Shown in pieces: positions 18,363 to 27,138 of a stretch of DNA of 64,000 bases. The stretch is from an uncultured Poribacteria bacterium (lineage in GTDB: Bacteria; Poribacteria; WGA-4E; WGA-3G): assembly GCA_958296135.2 (NCBI GenBank), contig CATQHZ020000001.1, forward strand, positions 2,208,001 through 2,272,000. The letters are read 5' to 3'. The notes under the pieces are model-generated. The model saw nothing but the letters and a program-made list of their open reading frames with translations. It searched no databases and had not been told where the DNA came from. Every line of letters begins with the position of its first letter. The stretch's first letter is position 1. The position numbers were made by a program, and so were the translations under genes.

Positions 18363-19295
18363 CTATGCAAAAACTACCTTGCGGCCCGGCGCGGCGAGCT
18401 GATGCTTCACGGCGAGCGCATAAAACCGCCGAAGCCCCGCAATCTCAGGATGCCCTAAATCGTAATGGATATGCTTTTGTAGGTAATCGCGGCAGAGGGG
18501 TTCGGGCAATCCAAGCTTTTGGGATTCAATGCGCGCGATTTCTGGGATTTGCGTTATCCCGCGCGTCTTTGCCTCACGTAGCACATCGGGTGCATCGCCG
18601 AGTTGCACACCTGTGCGCGCTACCCAGCACGCATAGACGAACGGCAGACCGGTGAGTTCATGCCACGCCGTACCTAGGTCTAGGCTATATTTCGTGGCGT
18701 TCAGTCGCCGAAGGGCGGCATCGCCGATGAGGAGCACCGCTTCGGATGCTGACGCGCCCGGGTCGGTGGATGGCGCGCACGGCGTGAATGTCGGATGAAT
18801 GCCGTATTTTTCTGCCAGCAAAATTTTCAGGAGCGCGATGGACGAACGCGAACTGGTATCCAACGCGACCTGCCGAATTTCGGGAATCGGCACGCGGCTG
18901 AACAGTTGGATACTCAGGACACTCCCTCGCGAAGCGATTGAAATATCGGGCAAGATGCGGTAGCCAGCATCCGGGGCGCGGAAATATTCAATAATCGGGA
19001 TTAAGCCGACATCCAGTTCGTTAGCCTTTAAAAGCACGGCGAGGCGGCTCGGCACCTCCACGCTGAGTCCGATCTTTGTCTCTTGTTTCTTGGCGCAACT
19101 CCCCTCACTCCCGGTAGGCGCGCGTTGTAAGCGCGCAACCTCAACACCCGGCAGCTCTCCATTCAAGAGAGGATAGATAAGCGGTTTCGTGTTCAGAAAT
19201 GAAACCGCCCCGACTCTTAAACACGCGCTACCGTAGACGGGATGACAAACCCTGCCCACGGCCTGATTTTCGGCTACGCCGCTTTTCTGTGCCAC
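18363..19295 (-). CDS. mqnA: Chorismate dehydratase (futalosine pathway); start uncertain
   Basis: RVGAVSFLNTKPL, SRSSIAL, LLIGDAAL, DLGTAWHELTGLPFVYACW; adjacent to mqnE. Confidence 0.88.
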   Translation of the reverse strand: MAQKSGVAENQAVGRVCHPVYGSACLRVGAVSFLNTKPLIYPLLNGELPGVEVARLQRAPTGSEGSCAKKQETKIGLSVEVPSRLAVLLKANELDVGLIPIIEYFRAPDAGYRILPDISIASRGSVLSIQLFSRVPIPEIRQVALDTSSRSSIALLKILLAEKYGIHPTFTPCAPSTDPGASASEAVLLIGDAALRRLNATKYSLDLGTAWHELTGLPFVYACWVARTGVQLGDAPDVLREAKTRGITQIPEIARIESQKLGLPEPLCRDYLQKHIHYDLGHPEIAGLRRFYALAVKHQLAAPGRKVVFA

Positions 19296-20410
19296 CGTTC
19301 TCCCTCTCGGATAATCTCGTTGTAAAGCGTGTCGCGTTCGACTGGCACAAAGCCTGCTTCTTCGATAAGGCGCGTGAGTGCGTCAACGGAGACAGATTCC
19401 GGTGTATCCGCGCCTGCCATGTGCGTAATCTTCTCCTCGGTTACCGTGCCATCAATATCGTCCGCGCCGAAGCGAAGGGCGACTTGGGCGGTTTTCAACC
19501 CGGTCATAATCCAATATACCTTGATATGCGGCAGGTTATCTAGCATCAGACGCGCCACGGCGATGTTCCGCAAATCTGTCAGCCCGGAGGTTGAAGGCAG
19601 GTATGCCATCCGCGTGTTGGCAGGGTGAAACGCCAGCGGGATGAACGTTACGAAACCGCCCGATTTATCCTGCTGTTCTCGCAGCCGAATGAGATGATCT
19701 ACGCGGTCTTCGTTGCTTTCAAGGTGTCCGTAGAGCATCGTCGCGTTGGTGGGGATGCCGAGGTGATGCGCAATGTCATGCACTTCAAGCCATCCATCCG
19801 CGCTGAGTTTGCCGGGGCAGATTTTCTCGCGCGTCTCTTCGGCGAAGATTTCGGCTCCGCCGCCGGGTAACGAATCTAACCCTGCCTCCTTCAGCTCCGT
19901 CAATACCTCTTCCATCGACATCTTAAAGATACGCGAGAAGTGGTGGATTTCAACGGCGGTGAAGAATTTGATGTGGACTTGCGGCATCCGTTCCTTGAGC
20001 CCGCGGATGATGTCGAGGTAGTAGTCAAACGGCAGTTTGGGGTGCAGGCCGCCGACGCTATGAATCTCGGTGCATCCATGTTTTATGGAATACATCGCCT
20101 TGTCCAAAAATTCGTCAACGCTCATCTCCCACGCGCCCTCGGTTTGCATATTTTTTCGGGCGAACGCGCAGAAGTGGCACCGAGCGTGCAGAATGCACAC
20201 ATTTGAGTAGTCAATGTGTTGGTTGATGTTATAGTAAGCGATATTGCCGTTGAGCCGTTCGCGGGTGTGATTGGCGATAAAACCGACACCCGTAATATCG
20301 GGGCTTTCGTAAAGCGCGACACCCTCGTCAAAGGTGAGTCGTTCCTCCGCCTTAACTTTATCGTAGATGGTAGGCAATCTCGGGTCTGTAAAGCGACTGT
20401 AATTCTCCAT
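19274..20410 (-). CDS. mqnE: Aminofutalosine synthase (radical SAM)
   Basis: EIHSVGGLHP, FTAVEI, SLPGGGAEIF, TNATMLYGHLE, FIPLAFHP, HIKVYW, DGTVTEEKITHMAG. Confidence 0.88.
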   Translation of the reverse strand: MENYSRFTDPRLPTIYDKVKAEERLTFDEGVALYESPDITGVGFIANHTRERLNGNIAYYNINQHIDYSNVCILHARCHFCAFARKNMQTEGAWEMSVDEFLDKAMYSIKHGCTEIHSVGGLHPKLPFDYYLDIIRGLKERMPQVHIKFFTAVEIHHFSRIFKMSMEEVLTELKEAGLDSLPGGGAEIFAEETREKICPGKLSADGWLEVHDIAHHLGIPTNATMLYGHLESNEDRVDHLIRLREQQDKSGGFVTFIPLAFHPANTRMAYLPSTSGLTDLRNIAVARLMLDNLPHIKVYWIMTGLKTAQVALRFGADDIDGTVTEEKITHMAGADTPESVSVDALTRLIEEAGFVPVERDTLYNEIIREGERWHRKAA

Positions 20411-20470
20411 TAATTTTTCCTATTGAGAGTTCACAAAAAAATTGCTTGACATATATCTCACAATAAAGGT

Positions 20471-20499
20471 ATTATAGCATAGTAACTTTAAAATTGCAA
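20471..20499 (-). promoter_or_regulatory. Putative sigma70 promoter for mqnE-mqnA-fur
   Basis: TTGCAA-N17-TATAAT on the minus strand; overlaps a possible divergent TTGACA-N18-TATTAT at 20446-20475. Confidence 0.55.
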
Positions 20500-20524
20500 G
20501 AAGTTTTGAGGGCGAAATAGAATT

Positions 20525-21325
20525 ATGTCAAAATTCGGATTGATTCATTACAACTACGCCAGCCAGTCGCTTGACGATTTTCTGAAATTTACGAGTGAAA
20601 CAGGATTCGGCTACGTTGAACTGCAGATAAGTGATGTCTGGCACGCGGAAACGGCAGAACCGGAAAAGCACGCGGAACTCGTCCGACAACAGGTGGCATC
20701 TTACGGCTTGCAGGTATCGGCACTCGCGGCGGGCAACGATTTCGTCGTGCTAGAAGAGGAAACCATCCGCGCGCAGGTGGAACGAATGGAACGTATCGCT
20801 GGCCTCGCGAAACGCCTGGGCACCTCGGTACTCCGCACTGAGGGAGGCTCGCCGAAGGAGGCTGTCCCGGAAAGCCGCTGGGTTGAGGCAATGGCGGGAT
20901 GTCTCACGCGGTGCCTTGAATTCGCAGAACAGCACGATGTCTACCTCGCCGTTGACAACCACGGCATAGTCACGAACGACGGTGCACTGCAGGTAGAACT
21001 CTTTGAGCGCGTCGCATCCAAGCATGTCGGCGCGAACATGGACACGATGAATTATCGGTGGGCCGGGCACGACTTAGAAACGGTGGGTAGGTATTATGAA
21101 ATCGTCGCGCCGTGGACACTGCATACGCACCTGAAGGACGGGACCGGTTCGCGCAGCAATTATCGCGGCGAGGCTCTCGGCGAAGGGGAGATCGACCTCG
21201 GGAAGGCAATCCGTTGCTTAAAAGAGGCAGGTTATGACGGTGTCTGGTGCTGCGAATACGAGGGGCGCGAAAACGATGGCACAGGCCAGCGGAAAAGTTT
21301 CGCGTGGATGCAGGCGAATTTGTAA
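20525..21325 (+). CDS. Sugar phosphate isomerase/epimerase family protein
   Basis: LAVDNHG, ANMDTMN, HTHLKD, LGEGEID, GYDGVWCCEYEG. Confidence 0.88.
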   Translation: MSKFGLIHYNYASQSLDDFLKFTSETGFGYVELQISDVWHAETAEPEKHAELVRQQVASYGLQVSALAAGNDFVVLEEETIRAQVERMERIAGLAKRLGTSVLRTEGGSPKEAVPESRWVEAMAGCLTRCLEFAEQHDVYLAVDNHGIVTNDGALQVELFERVASKHVGANMDTMNYRWAGHDLETVGRYYEIVAPWTLHTHLKDGTGSRSNYRGEALGEGEIDLGKAIRCLKEAGYDGVWCCEYEGRENDGTGQRKSFAWMQANL

Positions 21326-21410
21326 GGACAGATTTCTAGGTTTCCGCCCATGGGGACAGTAGCAAGGGACAAGGGACAGGCCCGCGCCCTACGGGGATAG
21401 GAACAGGGAT

Positions 21411-22262
21411 ATGGAAATTCCACCTCGCATTATCACCTTAACAACCGATTTCGGCACTAGCGACGCTTACGTCGGTGTCATGAAAGGCGTAATTCTGGGC
21501 ATCAATCCTAGCGCGCAGGTGGTTGACCTCACGCATGCCATCCCACCGCAGGATGTCCATGAAGCAGCGTTCTTAATCCATTCGGCGCACCGCTACTTCC
21601 CAAAAGGCACGATTCATACCATCGTCGTTGACCCGGGTGTCGGAAGCAATCGCCGAGCGATAGTTTGCCAAACCGATAGCGCGTTTTTTGTCTGTCCGGA
21701 TAATGGAGTGCTGAGTTATCTGGTAGAAGAGACTTCCGGTCCCAATTTCCTACCCGTTTGCGCGATTTCCAAGCGCGCAAACGCGGTAACAATCGAAAAC
21801 CCGGCGTATCTCTTACCCCACGTGAGCAACACCTTCCACGGCCGGGATATTTTCGCCCCGGTTGCAGCGCATCTCTCACTCGGCGTACCGCTTGCAAGAA
21901 TTGGAACACCGGTTCATAACCTCGTCCAACTGCCGATGCCAGAGATACACATCTCCGACGATACGCTTACCGGGCAGATTGTCAAGGTGGATAGTTTCGG
22001 GAATCTGATAACGAACATCTCGCGCAGAGATTTCGTAGCGTGGACAGAAACCGCGCCGCCTTACACAATTCAGATAGGCAACGCACGTATTAATCGTCTG
22101 AACCGCGCCTACGCCGAATCTGACATCGGCGAACCCCTGGCGATTATTGGCAGCTTTGGATTATTAGAGATTGCAGTGAACCGCGGCAGTGCCGAAGAAC
22201 GGTTAGGATTAAAACGGGGGGATGCCGTTATTATTCGGAAAAAACGCCTGCTTCACCCGTAG
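21411..22262 (+). CDS. SAM hydroxide adenosyltransferase / chlorinase-fluorinase family (DUF62)
   Basis: ITLTTDFG, VVDPGVGSNRR, PDNGVL, SNTFHGRDIFAP, DSFGNLITN, LEIAVNRGSA. Confidence 0.92.
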   Translation: MEIPPRIITLTTDFGTSDAYVGVMKGVILGINPSAQVVDLTHAIPPQDVHEAAFLIHSAHRYFPKGTIHTIVVDPGVGSNRRAIVCQTDSAFFVCPDNGVLSYLVEETSGPNFLPVCAISKRANAVTIENPAYLLPHVSNTFHGRDIFAPVAAHLSLGVPLARIGTPVHNLVQLPMPEIHISDDTLTGQIVKVDSFGNLITNISRRDFVAWTETAPPYTIQIGNARINRLNRAYAESDIGEPLAIIGSFGLLEIAVNRGSAEERLGLKRGDAVIIRKKRLLHP

Positions 22263-22311
22263 CGCGAGGGAAAACTCGGCGATTCGCGCTCGCCGGGCCC
22301 GCGCCCTACGG
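22257..22311. repeat. Composite REP-like element with GTAG feet at both ends
   Basis: CCGTAGCGCGAGGG...CGCGCCCTACGG. The inner CTCGGCGATTCGCGCTCGCCGGGCCC is the reverse complement of the insert in the first unit of the 37.56 kb array. Confidence 0.75.
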
Positions 22312-22361
22312 ACATAGGAACGGTGATATAGTCTCAGTCGATAAATAGGAGAAACATCGAA

Positions 22362-23351
22362 TTGAAACAGATTGCTTTAACAGGAATCAAACCGACGGGA
22401 CAGCCGCACATCGGCAACTACCTTGGCATGATCAAACCCGCGCTGGAACTCGCGGAGGATAGACAGGCTCTCTACTTCATCGCGGATTATCATGCAGTGA
22501 CTACCGTCAAAAACAAGAAAGAGTTACAGGATTTGACGCACCAAGCCGCGGCGACATGGCTGGCATTGGGGCTCAACCCGGACGAAGTCATTTTCTACCG
22601 CCAATCGGACATCCCGGAAGTGTTCGAGCTGACATGGGTGTTGGCATGCTTCACGGCGAAGGGGTTGCTCAACCGCGCGCACGCCTATAAAGCGATTGTT
22701 GACGACAACCTCGCTGCCGGCCGTGAGACAGACAAAGGCATCAACGCCGGGTTGTTCACATACCCCGTTTTGATGGCGGCGGACATCTTGCTATTCGGAA
22801 CGCATATCGTTCCCGTCGGGTTAGATCAGCAGCAACACCTAGAAGTAACTCGCGATGTCGCTATCGCCTTTAATAAGAACTATGGGAACGTCTTGACGGT
22901 GCCGGAGGCTGTCATCCGAAAAGGGGTGATGACTATCCCCGGCCTCGACGGGAGGAAAATGAGTAAAAGTTATAACAACGTCATCCCCATTTTCGCGCAG
23001 CCGAACCAAATCCGCAATCAGGTGAGGCGGATTGTAACGGATTCCAAGCGGCCGGAAGAACCGAAGGACCCGGATGAATGCAACGTCTTCGCTATCTATC
23101 GGCATTTTGCGGATGCGGCGGCAGTCGCAGCGAAGCGGCGACTCTATCTTGACGGAGGCCTCGGATACGGCGACATGAAAAAGGAGCTCCTCGAGTTGCT
23201 AGAGGCGACTTTTGCTGCCAAACGCGATACGTATAACGAACTGATGGAAAATCGGGATGAGTTAGATAAGGTGCTGCAGCAGGGTGCAGAGAAAGCGCGG
23301 GAGATTGCGGTGCCGGTCTTGCGGAAGGTGCGGAAGGCAGTAGGGGTTTAA
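22362..23351 (+). CDS. trpS: Tryptophan--tRNA ligase
   Basis: TGIKPTGQPHIGNY (HIGH), YPVLMAADIL, KMSKS; TTG start with AGGAG RBS. Confidence 0.95.
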   Translation: MKQIALTGIKPTGQPHIGNYLGMIKPALELAEDRQALYFIADYHAVTTVKNKKELQDLTHQAAATWLALGLNPDEVIFYRQSDIPEVFELTWVLACFTAKGLLNRAHAYKAIVDDNLAAGRETDKGINAGLFTYPVLMAADILLFGTHIVPVGLDQQQHLEVTRDVAIAFNKNYGNVLTVPEAVIRKGVMTIPGLDGRKMSKSYNNVIPIFAQPNQIRNQVRRIVTDSKRPEEPKDPDECNVFAIYRHFADAAAVAAKRRLYLDGGLGYGDMKKELLELLEATFAAKRDTYNELMENRDELDKVLQQGAEKAREIAVPVLRKVRKAVGV

Positions 23352-23405
23352 TAGCCAATTGCCTTAGCTCGTATCCCTAGTAAGCGGGCGGATAGAGACA
23401 TCCGC

Positions 23406-23446
23406 CCTGACGTATCACAATCTGGCCTGACGTATCACAATCTGGC
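23406..23446. repeat. 20-bp direct tandem duplication
   Basis: CCTGACGTATCACAATCTGG x2 between convergent genes. Confidence 0.8.
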
Positions 23447-23454
23447 ACTCGCTT

Positions 23455-24408
23455 CTACAAGTGCGCGCGCATCAGTTTCTGATATTCAGTGTGCGCCGCC
23501 TGCGCGTCATATTCGCCATCAAGGACGCGGCGGAGGCACCGCACAAAGCCTATCGGCGCATCTTCCCCAAAGATAGTACGGCCAAACAAGATGGCGCGCC
23601 CACCGTTCTGGACGACGTTCTCCGCAAGCGCAAATGTGCTACGCGCATTTTGACGCGGACCGCCTAAAGCACCGATAACCAGCGTCTCATCAAACTGGCA
23701 CAACTCACGCCACACCTCCGCCGTCGTGTAGGCGGTTTTGATGAAGCGCGGACGCTGATGCTTGCGCAAATAACTCATCGTGCGAACGATGGAATCCGCC
23801 ACATACATCCCCCGTTTCTCATCGTCCATCCCCGGCAATTTGACGTTAGGCAGGAAAACCTCGAGCAGATGATCGAATCCCTCAATCTCGCCGACGATGT
23901 GCGCGAATTGGACATACGCCTGCAACATCCGCTCGTCAGCACCCGGGTCGTTGTTCAGCGTGATGGAATACAGCCCGAGGTTGACCCGACACTCCAGGGC
24001 CGGCGCGATGAGTGCCTCGCAATAGCGGTGCATATCCTCGGGGAACACCGTCTGGAAAGGCATGGACGGCCGCGAGGTATAGACTCCGAAGCGCGGATTC
24101 CAGATAGCCGTCTCCGAGTTCATCCGGACAATCGGCGTGATGTGTGTGTTTTCAAAGAGGTTCTCTTCAAGTGCCAGCGTTTCGGCATCAGCAGGTGTCA
24201 TGAGAAGCCCATCGAGCTGCCCATCTGCAGCAAGTTCGCGTTGGAACTCCAAAAACTCCGCGTGCGTCCGGTAGTGTGGTTTGGGATGCTGCACCTGCCC
24301 GAGCCCCTTGATGCCTGCCGATGCAAGCGGGTCTGCAGCGAAGACCAGGATTGGGCTCCGCGCAAGTAGGGCGGTGTCAGCGAGTTTGTCAAATATCCGA
24401 TTGCCCAT
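23455..24408 (-). CDS. Uncharacterised class I aldolase-like TIM-barrel protein
   Basis: LLEVF, RFIKTAY (candidate Schiff-base Lys), GALGG, AILFGRTIF (cf. GRNIF of DhnA/LsrF); alternative start 24432. Confidence 0.55.
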   Translation of the reverse strand: MGNRIFDKLADTALLARSPILVFAADPLASAGIKGLGQVQHPKPHYRTHAEFLEFQRELAADGQLDGLLMTPADAETLALEENLFENTHITPIVRMNSETAIWNPRFGVYTSRPSMPFQTVFPEDMHRYCEALIAPALECRVNLGLYSITLNNDPGADERMLQAYVQFAHIVGEIEGFDHLLEVFLPNVKLPGMDDEKRGMYVADSIVRTMSYLRKHQRPRFIKTAYTTAEVWRELCQFDETLVIGALGGPRQNARSTFALAENVVQNGGRAILFGRTIFGEDAPIGFVRCLRRVLDGEYDAQAAHTEYQKLMRAHL

Positions 24409-24510
24409 GTATTCTTCCTTTTTTGTCAGCATTTACGCCGCTTCTGGTAGGCGCGGTTTCAAACCGCGCGCTTGCAACACGCGCCTACCGGCGGACGTTT
24501 TGTATCCATC

Positions 24511-27051
24511 CTACAAAACGCTCGTCGGATCGATGTCTATCATCAATTCAACGGCGTTGGATCTAATTGCGGGCGGCGGCTCGGCAGTCAACTGCTGAAT
24601 GCGTTGTGAGATAGCTTCAGCAGTTGCGCTGCGGAGCAAAAAGTGCCACCGGAATTTTCCTTCAATTTTTGAGAGCGGCGCAGGCGCAGGGCCCAGAACT
24701 TCCACCGAATCCTTGGTAGGCGGCGGTTGTAACCCTGCATCAGTTTGCAAGTGCTGAAGTTGATTCAGTACGGTGTGCGCTGCCGCAATAACCGCTTCTT
24801 CGTCTTTGCCGCGGAGGAGGAGCCGTGCCACATGCGAAAAAGGCGGGTATCGTAATTCTCCGCGCACCGCTACCTCTTGCTCATAAAAACCGACGTAGTC
24901 GTGCTGCTGCGCGGCCGTGATGCAATAGTGTTCTGGCATATAGGTTTGGATGATAACCTCGCCGGGGAGCTCGGCACGGCCGGAGCGTCCCGCGACCTGC
25001 GTCAGCAGGCTGAACGTCTGTTCACTCGCCCGGAAATCAGGGAAATTTAAGGCAGTATCCGCGGCGATAACGCCGACCAGGGTGACGTTTGGAAAATCCA
25101 AGCCCTTCGACACCATCTGTGTGCCTATGAGGATGTCGATTTCCCGCTGTTGAAATGCCGTTAAAATCTGTTGATGTGCGTTCTTTCGGGCAGTGGAATC
25201 GGCATCAAACCGTTTGACGTTCGCGGCAGGGAACGCTTTGCGAACCTCCTGCTCAATCGCCTCTGTACCCAAACCAAAATAGCGGATAGCAGGACTGCTA
25301 CACTGCGGACAAGTGGGATGTGTGTCGCATTTATGCCCGCAGTGATGGCAAACCAGTTTCTTAGTCTCGAAGTGAAACGTCAATGAAATGGAGCAGTTGT
25401 GGCACCGCTCAACGTAGCCGCAAGTTCGGCAGAAAACGTAGGTGGAGTGTCCGCGCCGATTCAGGAAGAGGATAATCTGCTCGCGTTTGACAAGGCGCGG
25501 CTCGATCGCGGCTCGGAGGCGCTTGGAGAAAATGGTGCGGTTTCCGCCTTTCAATTCCGCTCGCATATCAACGACATGCACTTCCGGCAGCTTTCTATCC
25601 AGCACCCGTGTGGGCAGGCTGAGGAGTTGATAGGTGCCGTTGCGAGCGCGGTGGAAACTCTCCAGTGCCGGTGTCGCACTGCCGAGTAGGAGCGCGCAGT
25701 TGGCAAGTTCACTCCGCTTCTGTGCTACCTCCCGCGCATGGTAACGCGGTGCTGTATCCGATTTATAGGAATCCGAGTGCTCCTCGTCAATAATTATTAA
25801 ACCGAGCGCCTTGACCGGGGCGAACACGGCGGAACGCGGGCCGATGACGATGGTGGCTCCGCCTTTTTGGACGCGGTGCCAACTGTCATAGCGTTCGCCA
25901 TCGCTCAGGCGGCTGTGCAGCACCGCAACGCGCTCGCCAAACCGCCCGATAAACCGCGAGGCAGTCTGCGGCGTCAACGAAATCTCTGGCACTAAGACGA
26001 TGACAGACTTCCCGCTTTCCAGAATCGACGCAATTGCCTGCATATAGACTTCTGTCTTGCCGCTCCCAGTTACGCCGTGAAGAAGCAAAATCCGCCTCAA
26101 TTCCGTAGGCGCGGTTTCCAACCGCGCTAGCGCGTTCTGGAGCGCCGCGAACGCCGCCCCTTGTGCCGGATTAAGTTGATAAGGTTTCGTGGCTGCAACC
26201 GGTTGGCAGCTCAGTGGATTCCGCACCACTGGTGCCTGTGTCATGCGGATGAAGCCGCGTCTTTCAAGGGTGCGGAGTAGGGAGGCACTTGTGCGCGCAC
26301 GCTTGGTGAGCTCTGCCGTGGCTACCGGCACCTCTTCATCAAGCAGGATTTGCAGAATTTCCGCGTGCTTCGCGGAGGCCGGCCGACGGCCCTTGCCTCC
26401 AAGACGTAGGGGTGGATTTCCGGAGCCGCCCGCTTCTTCCGTCAGTCTCGCAATTTCCGCCGCAATATCGGCAGGCGGCAAAGCAAGCGATGCTACGGTG
26501 GCCACCCGCGCGGTGGCCTTCGGTTTGTGGGTGACGTAGACATCAACAACGCCTTTTTCACGGAGCGCGGAAATCTTGGGACGGAGACTCGTGTAGTTGA
26601 CACCGACGCGCCGCGCAATCTGGTTTGGAGAGAGCTCGCCCTCCGCTTCCAACAGCGCGACAATCTCCTTCTGAACGCCCCTGACAGGGGGTGTACCGCC
26701 TTCTACCAGCTGCACCCGCTGCTGTTTCTGGCTGCGCACGGCGGCTGGCACCGCACAAAAGAGCGCGCTCCCCCATGAAGAGACGTAGTACTCCGCCATC
26801 CACCTCGTGAGCGCAAGCAGCTCAGCAGAGAACGTCGGAGATTTATCAAGACAGTCAGAGATGTTCTTGATTGACATAGGGGCCAAGTCTGTCGCGTCTA
26901 TCCGTTCAACGACGACACCTTCCTGTGTACTCCGCCGAAAAGGCGCAAGCACGCGGACACCCGGTTGCACAATAGCATCCAAATGCGGCGGCACGGCGTA
27001 TGTAAACAGCTGATCGATCGCCAGTGGGAAGGCGATGTTGGCGTAACGCAT
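24511..27051 (-). CDS. priA: Primosomal protein N' helicase
   Basis: HGVTGSGKTEVY, VPEISLTPQ, DEEH, paired CxxC zinc motifs, GTQMVSKGLDFP, QVAGRSGR, IDIDP. Confidence 0.96.
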   Translation of the reverse strand: MRYANIAFPLAIDQLFTYAVPPHLDAIVQPGVRVLAPFRRSTQEGVVVERIDATDLAPMSIKNISDCLDKSPTFSAELLALTRWMAEYYVSSWGSALFCAVPAAVRSQKQQRVQLVEGGTPPVRGVQKEIVALLEAEGELSPNQIARRVGVNYTSLRPKISALREKGVVDVYVTHKPKATARVATVASLALPPADIAAEIARLTEEAGGSGNPPLRLGGKGRRPASAKHAEILQILLDEEVPVATAELTKRARTSASLLRTLERRGFIRMTQAPVVRNPLSCQPVAATKPYQLNPAQGAAFAALQNALARLETAPTELRRILLLHGVTGSGKTEVYMQAIASILESGKSVIVLVPEISLTPQTASRFIGRFGERVAVLHSRLSDGERYDSWHRVQKGGATIVIGPRSAVFAPVKALGLIIIDEEHSDSYKSDTAPRYHAREVAQKRSELANCALLLGSATPALESFHRARNGTYQLLSLPTRVLDRKLPEVHVVDMRAELKGGNRTIFSKRLRAAIEPRLVKREQIILFLNRRGHSTYVFCRTCGYVERCHNCSISLTFHFETKKLVCHHCGHKCDTHPTCPQCSSPAIRYFGLGTEAIEQEVRKAFPAANVKRFDADSTARKNAHQQILTAFQQREIDILIGTQMVSKGLDFPNVTLVGVIAADTALNFPDFRASEQTFSLLTQVAGRSGRAELPGEVIIQTYMPEHYCITAAQQHDYVGFYEQEVAVRGELRYPPFSHVARLLLRGKDEEAVIAAAHTVLNQLQHLQTDAGLQPPPTKDSVEVLGPAPAPLSKIEGKFRWHFLLRSATAEAISQRIQQLTAEPPPAIRSNAVELMIDIDPTSVL

Positions 27052-27138
27052 CTTTTGTATTTCCTACCTGTTGTTGGCGTTTCTGGGAAAAGGACTTCCT
27101 TTACCAAGCCGTCTTGACGACACTAATGAAAAGCGCGC

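Noticed and set aside
17858-18655. Long antisense ORFs (also 39529-40425, 52350-53198, 54380-55123)
   Set aside because: Shadow frames opposite well-supported genes, as expected at this GC content.
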